Shown one piece after another: positions 12,810-24,330 of a stretch of 64,000 nt of DNA (position 1 is the stretch's first letter; each line of letters opens with the position of its first letter). Source of the DNA: Callorhinchus milii (lineage: Eukaryota). The position numbers were made by a program, and so were the translations under genes. The stretch covers positions 50,966,001-51,030,000 of the forward strand of contig NW_024704743.1 of NCBI RefSeq assembly GCF_018977255.1, written 5' to 3'. The notes beneath the pieces are model-generated. The model was not told where the DNA came from. It ran no database searches and saw only the letters and a program-made list of their open reading frames with translations.

Positions 12810-13380
12810 AATGTCAAAACACGGTGAAACAGCAATAAACAAGGCAAAGGGGATGTTGGGTTATATTGTTAAATCAGTTATTTTCAGATACCTGGATCGC
12901 ACACAAGCTCCAGTTAGGCCTCACCTAGAATACTCATTCACTTCTAACTACTGCCACATGAGGAGCATGTCCTCAAGGCAGTGCATAGGAGAGCAACAAG
13001 GATGATCCCCAGTGTTAGGGAATAAGCTATGATCAATGATTAGGTAAGATGGGGCTCTTCATCCTTGAAAGGAGAGGTTTCAGAGGAGACCTTAAAAGTA
13101 TACAACCTTTTTAAATGCTATTGAAAAAGGAAACCCAGAACAATATTTTAGGATACACAAGGATAGTAGAACAACAGGAACTTGCATTTATATAGCGCCC
13201 TTCGTATGGGGTGGCATCTCAGAGTGCTTAATAAAAGAAGAGGTCATAGATTTGAGAGCAATATTAAAGGGCAAGGGTTGAAAATGGCAATTTCAGGATA
13301 AATACAAGGATAGACACTTTAACCAGACTGTATTTAACCAGGAACAATGGTTGAGGCCAATATGTTGGATTAATTGATGG
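12810..13380 (+). mobile_element. Decayed CR1 ORF2 C-terminal region, interrupted by an L2 tail at about 13172-13230
   Basis: ORF 12811: AINKAKGMLGYI..VRPHLEY. Downstream reads GLF.LERRGFRGDL. Confidence 0.8.
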
Positions 13381-13389
13381 ATTATTTTG

Positions 13390-13700
13390 TATCTTGAATG
13401 AGATGTTAAACTAACAACAACTTGCACTTATATAGTGCCCTTCACGTGGGATAGTGTCCTCTTCAACTGAGGTCCTGTCTGCCTGTTCAAGTGGATATTA
13501 AAATTTCCATTAATCTTTTTCAAAACAGAATGGAGTTTCTCCCAATATTTTAGCCAGGAATCCTCCAGATTGGTCACTCACCTCATGACTTTTATGGACC
13601 TTGCTGTGCACCGAAAGGCTGTTGCATTTGCCTACAAAACAGTCGCTGTACTTGACAGTAATTAGCTATGAAATACTTTGAATTATTTTTATGTAAGGTG
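13390..13700 (+). mobile_element. Deu-domain SINE fragment interrupted by a 52-bp L2-tail insertion (13413-13464)
   Basis: GATGTTAAAC|..|TGAGGTCCTGTCTGCCTGTTCAAGTGGATATTAAAATTTCCAT is the Deu core. The insert is flanked by AACT at 13409-13412 and 13465-13468. Confidence 0.8.
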
Positions 13701-13807
13701 TCATGTTTACAATACAATGTATAGCACCTTTCACATTTGCCTGCAAATGCGGTCGTTATATTTTACAATAAAATTTTGTGAAGCATTTTGAGACATGATA
13801 AGTCATC

Positions 13808-14155
13808 TAACAATAATAATAATAGTAATATTTACATTTGGTATAGTGCTTTATCACATTGAAAGGATGCATCAAACAGCCATGAAACGGATAACCAATT
13901 TTATTTGGGAGATTGTTGGCCAAGACACTGGGAGAAACTCCCTTCTCTTTCAAATAGTGCCATGGGATCTTTAACGCCCACCTGAACAGGCAGAGGGGGT
14001 CTTGGTTTAATGTCTCATCCGAAGAATGCCACCTCTGACAATGCAGCATATTGCATTAGAATGTCATTTTAGACCATGTGAGTTCAAGTCCCAATGTGGT
14101 ATTTGAACCCACAACCTTCTGACTCAGAGGCGAGTGTGCTACCACTGAGCCAAGC
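13808..14155 (-). mobile_element. Near full-length Deu-domain SINE (family B, SacSINE1/AmnSINE1-like)
   Basis: Minus strand has a tRNA-like head (GCTTGGCTCAGTGGTAGCACACTCGCCTCTGAGTCAGAAGGTTGTGGGTTCAAAT), the Deu core GGATGAGACATTAAACCAAGACCCCCTCTGCCTGTTCAGGTGGGCGTTAAAGATCCCATGGCACTATT and a (TTA)n tail. Confidence 0.9.
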
Positions 14156-15049
14156 ATCTATAGGAAATATAAATCTTATTATTTATTATAAGTTCTTTTT
14201 TCTTTCTTTCAATAGTTGTCACTTGAGCCCAGAGTGTTGGTTAATTTACAATTGCTAAGAGATGTAGATTTTGTGGAATAAAGCGGAGGCCAACATGCTC
14301 TTGCTCCTTTGCCTTGTTGTTAACATTCCTTTCTTGTCTTGTACTTTGTTTCTATCTATCGTACATCTGTGTGGAAAGGGTCTCCTGCCAACATTCTTTG
14401 TTTTCATTCATTTCCATGAATCCATTACACAAGTTTACAATGGAAAGAATTCCTAGGATGGAGCTACTCTGTAATTTTCGTTGACATGTTTAGACCCAAG
14501 TAGATAGTGTTTCAAGTATGTTTGTGCAGCCTGGGGAAGGTGTTAATGACTTTAAGCCTGTCAGGAATGTCTACTGTTTTGATGCTGAACAGTATGTACA
14601 TTGAACAAGATTAATTAAAGGGGTAACATTTTCTACTGATGAGTTGGGGATAGTAGATGAATCAGCAAGAGTTTTTATTTCTTGATATAAAGAAGGTTTC
14701 GCAGAGTTTACTTTGAAATGTGATTTGAATTGCCTTTGCTCAGTGCCATAAATAACAAAACAAATGTATTAAATGTTGGTTGAATGTACGGTTAATAATT
14801 CATAACTTCACAGGGCAGCGCCTATCCACTGATGGTGTCATAAGGCGGAGAAACTGGAAACTATATAAATTTTCAGTGCATCAAATGTTCACAGCGCTCC
14901 AAGATATTGTCCTACGTGGTTGTCCTTCGATATATAAATAGAAATTGTTGTCCACGTTTTACACTTAGTCAAAGCCAATATGGGTGAAAATTGCAACATT
15001 TGATCTGATAATTATCACATTACAGAAAACTTCCCCCACCCCACCCAAG

Positions 15050-15395
15050 TGAGAGGACCCAGGTTTGATTCCCGGTCAGAGCAAAATGTTAGGCAAGTTT
15101 CCTTACTCCACACGCCTCTGCTTACCAAGCAGTAAGCAGGAACCCGATTGTTATTCAATTGGAAGATTGCTTTTCTGGGGGTAATAATCCCTTCCAAAAA
15201 ATGTTTTTTTAATTAAAAATAATAATATTTGGTCACTCAATCCACAACAGTTTGTGGCACACTGCTGTGTGTAATTGGCTGCCGTGTTTCAGCCATAGAA
15301 TATAGTCAATTAATTTTGCAGTATATTCTGTGAGGAGCTTTGAAGTCTCGAAGACGTGATAAGGTGCAATATCAACTGCAAGGATTTTTTTTTAT
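15050..15395 (+). mobile_element. SINE family A, 5'-truncated
   Basis: B box GGTTTGATTCCC; body and tail are collinear with 4095-4460. Confidence 0.85.
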
Positions 15396-15779
15396 TTGGT
15401 AGTTTGTCTGCTTGGTCAACTGGAATGGCCTGCACCTCTGTGTCAATAGGTTGTGGGTTTAAAGGCCCTGTGATGTGATTTGAGCTCCTAATCTAGGCTG
15501 ATTTTAATTCTAGACCAACAACCTGAAATAGAATATTTTGTTCTGACCTCCTCCTGGGAAATAACAGGGCCATGTGATTAGAGCAGATAGTTTTAGTGGG
15601 AAGCACAATATGAGCATGACAGGTCAAATAGCCTCCTTCTGTGCTAAAATTTCTATGACTACCTGGCTTGATGGCTCACTGTGCTCTCACAAGTTGGAAG
15701 CAAGATAACTTGACCAGGCAGTCTGTATGGGTTACTGAGTCTATGGTGCTTAAGCAACAACAATAATAATCCTTGAAAA

Positions 15780-16090
15780 ATTCCTGCTTGTCGGCCTCCC
15801 CAACTCCTCCCTCTATCGGCTGCAGATCATCAAGAACTCTGCAGCCCACGTCCTCTCTCGCACCAGACTCCGTGACACTTTCACCCCCATCTTCGCCCAA
15901 CTCCACTGGCTTCCCATTACACAGAGGATACAGTTCAAGATCCTGGTCTTCACCTTCAAAGCTCTCCCTAGCCTTGCTCCCTCCTACCTCTGCGACCTCC
16001 TAACCTCCTACCAATCTGGCCACTCTCTCCACTCAACGGGCTCCGGCTGCTTTACGACCCTGCCTCATCTGTCCCACTATTGGCATCCAC
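15780..16090 (+). mobile_element. L2 LINE 3' ORF2 fragment
   Basis: Encodes LVGLPNSSLYRLQIIKNSAAHVL..LHWLPITQRIQFKIL; closely similar to 43640-43970. Confidence 0.9.
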
Positions 16091-17133
16091 TTTACCCACA
16101 AGCGAAGGAAAAAAAACTTTAAATGATTTATCTAGTTAACAGTAAGAATACTTGTTGTTGACCGGGCAAATGAGGCATATTTTTTAAACTACAAAATTTT
16201 CCCACTTAGCTTGCTCCAGAGGTTTATTTTAGCCCTAAGTTCACTGAAAACATGGACGTGCCATAAACTAATCCGATTATTAATATGTTCAATTTAGGAA
16301 CAACACAATTAGCAACTCAATTAAAAATATGATAGTGATGAGAGCAGATGTCTTTTGAAGGTGTTAAATGTAATCTGGAGGGCTATTCATATTTAGATCC
16401 TAAAGTTCTTTATTTTTTATGAAAGATCTATTAATAAGAACCATAGAAATTTACAGCACAGAAGGAGGTCATTTGGCCTATTGGACCCATGTTGTCTCTC
16501 TGAAAGAGCTATCTGTTTAGTCCCATGTTCCTATCTTTTGCCCATACTTTTTTTTTAATCTTTCTCCTTTCAGATACTATATTTATTTGGTTTCTAATTT
16601 TTACAAACCAAAAGAATATTTTCTTGGATCGTCACCCAATTCAGGTTTACCAATTCATTGGAAAGGCTTTGGCAACTCACTGATTTAACAAAACTCTTAA
16701 CTCCATTAAGTTTTTAATCGGACTGTTCTGAGGTGAATTTTCCCACATCATAAGGGAATACATCATCAATTCTTCTTAATAGATAATGTTTCTGAAAGAG
16801 GTATCCTTTGGAAGATATTTTGCAAGACCTCTAAACAATAGGAAGGATTGGAGTCTAAGAATACAGGTTGGGATACTGAAGCTCACGGTGTAATCATGTA
16901 ACTTTGTAAGTAATCACCAATAAAAAGCATTGAGGGGATTGTCATGTTTGTTGTTTACAGTTAAATACATAATTAATGGTAATTATATGAGTTTAAATAT
17001 GGTGAGCCTATGGATTTGTTGGTGTATTTTAGACGTGAGTGATGATATTGTGTTCAAGCACTGCACTTTTGCTCATTTTATTCTATCCAATTTCTTTCCT
17101 TTTTATCCATTCTCTCCTAAGGATGGTTGCTCA

Positions 17134-17400
17134 TTTTGGTTTAGTCAGTATGTGTTTCACAGATGCAGATACTCATGACCATGGTTAAGAGTATCCAAAC
17201 CAAACTGAGAATTCCATGCATTTCACCTACACGTGGAAATTCCCATGTTTAGGACAGAATGCACATTCTCTCCCTGAAGGGATACATCCTGATGACCTAA
17301 TCCCAGAGAGTATTAGGCAAGGTTAGCAAGTGCCAAGGCTTGGGGATTCAAGAATGTGTGTTAGGGTACTGCTGGAGTCTAATCACCTAAAACTACACAG
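17134..17400 (-). repeat. Unnamed interspersed repeat X, copy 1
   Basis: Shares CATGGTTAAGAGTATCCAAACCAAACTGAGAATT..GTACTGCTGGAGTCTAA with 23023-23613 and the 63-64 kb copies. Strand is inferred from the common A-rich end. Confidence 0.8.
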
Positions 17401-18544
17401 TTTGCCATAGAAAGCACTGTCTAGCTATTTCGGCTGCACACGAATTGCAACAAGAGTCATGTTTTTTTGTGTACTGTTGGAGCACTGAGGCCATTTATAA
17501 CACCAATTAATTATGTCTACAAAAAAAACTTAAAGAAAACAAGCACTTTACAGGTTACAAATCCAGGTGGCACAGCAGCTATGTTTAAAAAAGGGTAGCT
17601 TTTAACTACCAACTAAGTGATAACACCCTATTAATACTTATATTACATCCCTTTTCAATTGTGTAGTTTCCTTCTCTGATCTCTCTCATGATGTTTGGAA
17701 ATTTTGTACTTTCAAGTCAATTGCAGCACTATTCTCAGTGAAAGTCTTTTCTTGGAATTAGCAATAGACCATTATTCTGTTAAATCTGGGATAAAAGTGT
17801 CAATCAGTTAAGCAACCTATGCTTAAATAGATGTGCTTCAGGAATTATCTTTTTGTCCAATCTCCATTCATTCAGCTGACTTACATGATTAAGAGGTTAC
17901 AATTATTAGCTCTAACTAGAAAACTGATCGAAACTCCCTAATGCTGTGTTGATACTGTTACGAGCAAAGCAGCTTTGTTCCAAACAATGTAGTTGTGTTC
18001 AGTGAGTAGCCCGATTTGTATTGCTCACTTCTCATTACATTTCATTGAGTCTGTTCATTGACCTGATTTTGGACAGATATATGCTAAAGTATATATGCTA
18101 AAATGTGGAAAAGGTGTTCAATTTCAATGTCATTAAAAAAACAGTCCAGCAATCATTTCTTTAAAAATAGCTATAATATATTAATAATATTTATAATCCT
18201 TGCATTTGATATACAAATAGTTGGAAGTTTGAATTTAGCTCTTGATCCAAGAAACATCTGACCAAGAAAGGGAGTGCTTAATATTGAATGCTGGATATTC
18301 AACTTATTATTGTGAACAGACAAGTAAAAGTCGAAAGAACAGCAGGGTGTACTTACATTGATGTTTCTTATGGTGAAATAATGAGCTGAAGATGGGGTGT
18401 GTGATGTGTTTACTCATTACTGGCAATACAGTTTTAGTGAAAATTGCTACATTGCTCATTTTTTGGCTCAATTGGCAATTTTCAACATATTGGCACAATT
18501 TATATTTTGGATGTGTGGAACTTGCCATCTGACTCATTACGTAA

Positions 18545-19025
18545 GTGTTAGCCTAATTGATTTGGTAGTAATCTTGCTTCTGAGTCAAAAGGTTGTGGGT
18601 CTGATTTCCACATTGGCCCTTTAATTGAGCACCTTGGGATGTCCTCCTGGCATGAAAGGCTCTTTAGAAATGTAATTTTGTAATTTTGTCGTTGTTTAAA
18701 CTCAGTCTAGACTGACACTCCAGTTCAGCATTGGGGGGTGCTGCATTATTGGAGATGCCATCCTTTGGATGTGATGCCAGACCACACTGGATGTGTTTAT
18801 GGATATTAACAATTCCTTGGCCCTATTTGAAAATAGAGGAGAGTTTCTCTTAATGTTCTCCCCTAGATTATTTGATTGTTCACTTCATGGCTTTGTGGAC
18901 CATTGCTATGCACAGATTGGCTGCTTCATTTGTCTAAAAATACACAGACACTTGATAGCAATTACTTGTGATGTGCTTTGAGATGTTCCAACATTATAAA
19001 TACGATAACAAATGCAAGGATTATT
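18545..19025 (+). mobile_element. Deu-domain SINE with an internal L2-tail insertion (about 18625-18695)
   Basis: Head TGGTAGTAATCTTGCTTCTGAGTCAAAAGGTTGTGGGT, Deu core and tail AAATGCAAGGATTATT. Confidence 0.8.
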
Positions 19026-19140
19026 TGGACCAACTGGGATTAAATTAATGGTGTTCTGAATATGTTGTGAAAAAATGGTAATTTACCCTCTTCAACTCCA
19101 TTTAGATGATGCTTTGTTGCAAAATCAAGCTAAATAAATA

Positions 19141-19452
19141 TAATAAAAATATAATAATACTCCTTGCACTTAATGTAGTGCTTTTTACGTCTTCGAGATG
19201 TCTCAAAATATACTGTAAAGTGAATTGACTGTATATTGTGGGCGAAACGCGGCAGCCGATTGCACATGGCAGTGACCCACAAACAGTTGTGGATTGAAGT
19301 GACCAATTTATTATTGTGTTTTTAAATTTCTTGGGAGATTATTTTCAGGCATGTGGAGTAAGGAAACGCTCTCAATATTTTGCGCTGCCGATAATCGAAC
19401 CCAGGTCTCTCACTTGTAAGATGAGTGCTTTAACTACTGAGCTACAGGACTC
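19141..19452 (-). mobile_element. SINE family A flanked by a 46/47-bp direct repeat
   Basis: Head GAGTCCTGTAGCTCAGTAGTTAAAGCACTC on the minus strand and an L2-type tail. Flanks 19094-19139 and 19458-19504 are near identical. Confidence 0.9.
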
Positions 19453-19708
19453 AATAAAACTCCATTTAGATGATGCATTTGTTACAAAATCAAGCTAAAT
19501 AAATGTCACTTAAAGCATAACACATTTTCTCAGCGTCTCTACAAAGATAACATTTTGTCAATTTAAGAAAACTATTGTGGAATAGAATGGATCTCAACGG
19601 AGCCTATTGGTCTACAAAAAGAGATAACTATATTAAACTCCTTGGCAGGTAACAAATTGCATTTGCATGCCTTTGGATCGTAGTCCATTAACATGTGCTA
19701 TCATGGGG

Positions 19709-20028
19709 TAATAATAATAATAATCCTTGCATTTGATATAGCGCTTTTCACGTCGGGGGGACGTCCCAAAGCGCTTCACAGAACACACTGTAAAGTGAAT
19801 TGACTGTATATTTGTGGGCGAATGCGGCAGCCAATTGCGCACAGCAATGTCCCACAAACAGTCGTAGATTGAAAATGACCAATTTATTATTGTTTTTGGT
19901 TTTGGAGGGATTATTATTAGGGCTCTGTGTGGAGTAAGGAAACTTGCCCAAGGTTTCGCCCTGCCTGGAATTGAACTCAGGCCTCTCACTTGCAAAGCGA
20001 GTGCTCTAACCACTGAACTACAGGACTC
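19709..20028 (-). mobile_element. Well-preserved SINE family A
   Basis: Head GAGTCCTGTAGTTCAGTGGTTAGAGCACTCGC and an intact tail ..AAAAGCGCTATATCAAATGCAAGGA(TTA)n. Imperfect ~11-bp TSD (catggggtaat / cacgggtaat). Confidence 0.95.
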
Positions 20029-20809
20029 CACGGGTAATTAATACTCCTGTCTCTTCATTGAGTCATCTTTGCCTTGTGTTAAAAATATGTGCATGATAGC
20101 AGTTGGTGTCAGCAAAGAGTTGATAAAGATGGTTTGCTAAATTCTTTTTCACTGGGGTGCTTTCCTCCTGAGCTGTACAGAAGATGCATGTTGGTTTCAT
20201 ATCAGCTAGACAGGCAGATTATCCATAGAGCAAATTTTCTGCAAGTACTGTGCTTTGCCAAATTGCATAATTGAGACTTCTTGAAGACGTGATAATGCGC
20301 CATATCAAATGCAATGATTATTATGATTATTATTGCATGTGTTTGCAGCACTGTGTACTTGGCATTTCCAGAATGTGCACCAGGGTGGACATTTTTCAAT
20401 GGTTACATGAAGCAAGCAAATACATTCCTCTACCATGATCTACGAGTGTGCCAGGGGTGTCTAAGTGCAGACTCTCTGCCTTGTGTGACTCTCAGGCCCT
20501 GCAATATGTCTGCAAATATTTTAAGAAACCTAAGTGCATTTGTGCCAAAAAGAAATGATTTATTATAGCATGATGCTTGTAGACTATAACAGATTCTTGC
20601 ACTATAAACCAGTCCAAAATGAGCTGCACCTCCATATTTCATATCTCTAGCACACAGACCAATTGACCACAATACTGCATGATGGGTTTTACACACATAA
20701 TCTTATCAGCCAATACAAGAACACATGTATTATTTTTTAAAAAATCGAACCATAGAAATGTATGGGACAGAAAAAGGCCATTTGGACCATAATGTTTAAA
20801 AGGTACTAG

Positions 20810-20889
20810 CAGCAGCAATGGGTTTCAAACCAATGTCCCCAAAGAGACTGGAGCTGTATCCAGCACTTAGACTGCTCCACCACACTACC
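20810..20889 (-). pseudogene. tRNA-Leu pseudogene (Leu AAG/TAG type with long variable arm)
   Basis: Minus strand GGTAGTGTGGTGGAGCAGTCTAAGTGCTGGATACAGCTCCAGTCTCTTTGGGGACATTGGTTTGAAACCCATTGCTGCTG aligns with vertebrate tRNA-Leu GGTAGYGTGGCCGAGCGGTCTAAGGCGCTGGATTWAGGCTCCAGTCTCTTCGGRGGCGTGGGTTCGAATCCCACCRCTGCCA. It shows CpG decay and a damaged anticodon loop. Confidence 0.85.
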
Positions 20890-21329
20890 CTTTATCCAGA
20901 AGCATAAACCCATAAAAAATGACACCACAGGAGGAGACTCTTCAGCCAATTATGTCTGCACTGGCTTTCTGAAAGAGCTGTCTATTTTGACCCATTCTTC
21001 TACCTTTTCCTCATAGCCTTTTATATTTACCCTTTTCAGGTACTGTTAAAGAAGCCACCTCTATTCAGCAACCACCAGGCTAACACAACCAGGGGCCACT
21101 CTGTTTTAGTGCTGCTAGTGTAAAGACACCCTTTTTAATGGCCAGATCTGGTCGGGTGGCTGCTCAGTGTGGTGTTGGCACACACTTGGAGTCTAATTGT
21201 GGGCCTGCAGAAATTTTTGGCCTGCAGACATATTAATGATTTGTATTTTGCACACAGGTCTTACATCCCGCAAGCTTGACTAACATTGCAAACTTGCTGT
21301 CCTTGAAGAGAGATGAGCATGACTGGAGT

Positions 21330-21860
21330 GCCCTTCATCCCTTCTCATCATGTTATTCAGGACAGTGTCGAGGCTGAAGTTGGTGTTCACCACGACACCC
21401 AGGTACTAATAAGAGTCAACAATGGGAACTCTTGCCCCTTGTATCTTCCAAACAATTCCCTTGATGTCTTCTCTTGAGCCGTGCAGAGCCACGCTTCTGC
21501 TCTTGTGGGTGCCTACCACCATATCCCACCAGGTGGCCCAGTGGTCAGGAAGGTCCCCAGTTGAGTCCATCAGCAACACAATATCGTCCGCAAACAGAAG
21601 TGCTGCAATCCTGTGAGAGAGGCCTGGAACAGATAAATTAAGTTCATCCCCCTCGATGTCGTCCAAAACATCTGTGATGAATACATCGAATAGGGTGGGT
21701 GACAATAGGCAGCTTTGCCTTACCCCCCTCTCGAGGAGAACAGGTTCAGTGTCGACCCTTACACAGATCTTGGAGCTGGAATACACATTCCAGATAAAAT
21801 CCATGATTTGGCCATGTATTCCCATGGCTTTTAGTTTCATCATGATGAACCAATGTAGGT
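21330..21860 (-). mobile_element. Non-LTR retrotransposon RT fragment, not L2 or CR1 (RTE/RTEX-like)
   Basis: ORF 21406-21843: KLKAMGIHG..RGVRQSCLLSPTLFDVFI.D..VPGL..LLFADDIVLL..W..WDM..KS. It continues past an in-frame TAG as Y*YLGVVV (the YKYLG motif). Confidence 0.9.
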
Positions 21861-22747
21861 GGGTTTCCCCTTAGCTCAACGATGATGGGAGGTTAAGGAC
21901 ATGTCTTTATCTTTCTAATGTAAAGTACGACATGAGATAAATGTTAGTGGGATATGAAGCCTGTGTTTAGAATGAGAAGGAAATGTACTGGTGCCTGTTG
22001 TGGCGATACTCCAGGATGTGAAAGGTTTTTGTGGGCAAGATTTTGCTGCTAATTTCTGTGAAATGATGTTCGCTAGAGTTCTATTGCACTGGCCCTTCTT
22101 TTTACTGTTTTGCAATGACACTGACTGTACAGCTCCTTATGGGGTATTCTAACTACAAATGGAATGCAACTCAGGTGTTCAGAAAAGTCTGAAGACCACA
22201 CGCACGTAACACAGCACTGTCTTTCATACCACTCAGAGAATGATTCCATGCATGTGTCATGGCTTGTCTGGAATTCCACCCACTCTCAAAATGACTTCGC
22301 TCAGGGCGATATTTATTTGAAGTGGCTACACCCCAGCTCAGCTAATGAGAATTGCCCTAAATACAGCAGCCGCTACATGAAAATGACAGCAAAAAATGTT
22401 TTTAAAAGCCTTACTGTATGCCAGACATTTCTCATAAATCATAGGAGTGTTTGGAGAAACAGGATTTATTATAGTGTATGCTAGCATGCATTCAAGGCTC
22501 AAGTAAAACAAGTTTTATCACTGGATATTTTGGATAACTTTGAAATGAAGGGGAATAGTGGGGTTTCATAAACACAACAGCAAAAAAGTTGTTCAACAAA
22601 AATAGCTTTCATTTATTTAAGGTAAAATCTCAGAGTACTTGTTCCTATTCTGTCCTTTTCAATCGTTCCAGCTTCAGTTGCTTTTTATGGTGTCAGTCAA
22701 ATTGACATTTCATAAAAAGGTCCATTGTAATCATTTACCACATCAGG

Positions 22748-22977
22748 TGGTAGAAATTCCACCTAAGTCTAGATTTACTCTATTTTCTTAACATTTTAGG
22801 GCACCCATTAAATTCTTAAATACCATCTACGTTTTTAAATTGTTTTTGGTAAGTTATTTTAAGGCGTCAGAAAAAGCACTTCAAAGCTAAGACTGAATTC
22901 ATCCATTTGACAAATACTGAATGCTCTCAAGTGCTACATAAATAGAGCAATTCTAGACCCACCTGGAATTTCTTCCC
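22748..22977. mobile_element. Palindromic MITE-like element (~230 bp), copy 1
   Basis: Left end GGTAGAAATTCCACCTAAGTCTAGATTTACTCTATT resembles the reverse complement of the right end, GGGAAGAAATTCCAGGTGGGTCTAGAATTGCTCTATT. Homologous to 48529-48750. Confidence 0.75.
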
Positions 22978-23022
22978 GTCCTCCTCCCCCCAATACTTTC
23001 AGAACATGTCGCAAATTTACAA

Positions 23023-23613
23023 TTTTTGGGGGTCAGCCGTGTGTCTGACAAATGCGGAAACCCATCACCATGGTTAAGAGTATCCAAACTAAACTGAAAA
23101 TTACATGCATCCTATCACGGAAATTCCAGAGATACATTGCTGGAATACGCACTCTCTCCCTGGAGGGATGCATCCTGCTTACCTAATTCTGGAAAGTGTT
23201 TGGTGCAGGTTGGCAAGAGCCAACAATTAGGGTCTCCAAAGTGTGTGTTGTGGTACTGCTGGAGTCTAACCAGATAAAACTGCATATTGCTATCACTATC
23301 TGGCAAGCTTTCCCGTTGCTTGTCCGGTTAGGACCTCTATATCCGTTAGGACTTTGGCTTGCAGGGTTAATAGGAGCTGAGTGGGATGATTTCCTGCCCT
23401 CAGTGACTGGTCTACCCTTCCAAGTCCTGCCGACAAGCCAGGCTGGCTGTGCTGTCATCGGTAGTGCCTTGGAGTATTACGGACCCGCCTGGCTCAGGAA
23501 TTAGACCACCGGGATCACCATAGAGGGTTTGATTCTGACAGTTTGTTGCCAAACATGGTACAGTGGAGCCAATTCAGCTCTACTGCTTACCTCCTCCCCC
23601 AAGGAGGATAGTC
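23023..23613 (-). repeat. Unnamed interspersed repeat X, copy 2 (at least 590 bp)
   Basis: Collinear with the reverse complement of 63043-63793, including CTTGGAGTA..GGCTCAGGAA and CTGCTTAC..CTCCCCCAAGGAGGATAGTC. Confidence 0.85.
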
Positions 23614-24144
23614 AGTAGTTAGTCATTCGACATCTGACAAGCACGGGTTTGAGTCCTCACTATAAGGATGGTGGGCACAAATTTATACCTTATATTACTT
23701 CTTTAAAGTCATCTGGCAACTGTTACAGAATAAGATTTGGTGCCAGAGCTATGTGTTTAGGTATTTACCCCGTTTTTCCCCTGAGCCTCACCTCTGGGGG
23801 TTTGCAGCCACTTAACTTTCCAGCCTTTCACCAGTACAGTACTCTGCTGATAGAAGACATGAACAGCTTTGATTGTAACCATGCTATTGATTCCGCTTCT
23901 CCCTCTGGGGAAGGGCACAACCTCCTCATGGAGCTGCTTTTTGCACATCTCAACACGCACATACACATATATACATGTGCAGCACACATTCACCTACAAA
24001 ACACACAATCACTGCATTGCAAATCCTGTGAAGCACTTAGAATTGTCCTCCTGATATGAAAAGCTCTATATTAAACATGTCGACTATTATTATTATTAAT
24101 ACGTGAAAGGAGCTATACAAATGTAATTTTGTATTATATTATTA

Positions 24145-24330
24145 GCAAACACTCACATTACCCACGCCCATGTACACACACACAAAACGTATGTATGCTT
24201 ATCACCCAAACTCATGCAAACTCACTCAAACACACTTGCACACATGCATAGATATCAAACATGCACACATATACATAGTGCACACTCACACAAAAACTCG
24301 CATCACATACTCACAAATTCACACACACAG
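24145..24330. repeat. Degenerate (CA)n low-complexity tract
   Basis: CA/TA-rich run that gives His/Thr-rich spurious ORFs. Confidence 0.8.
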
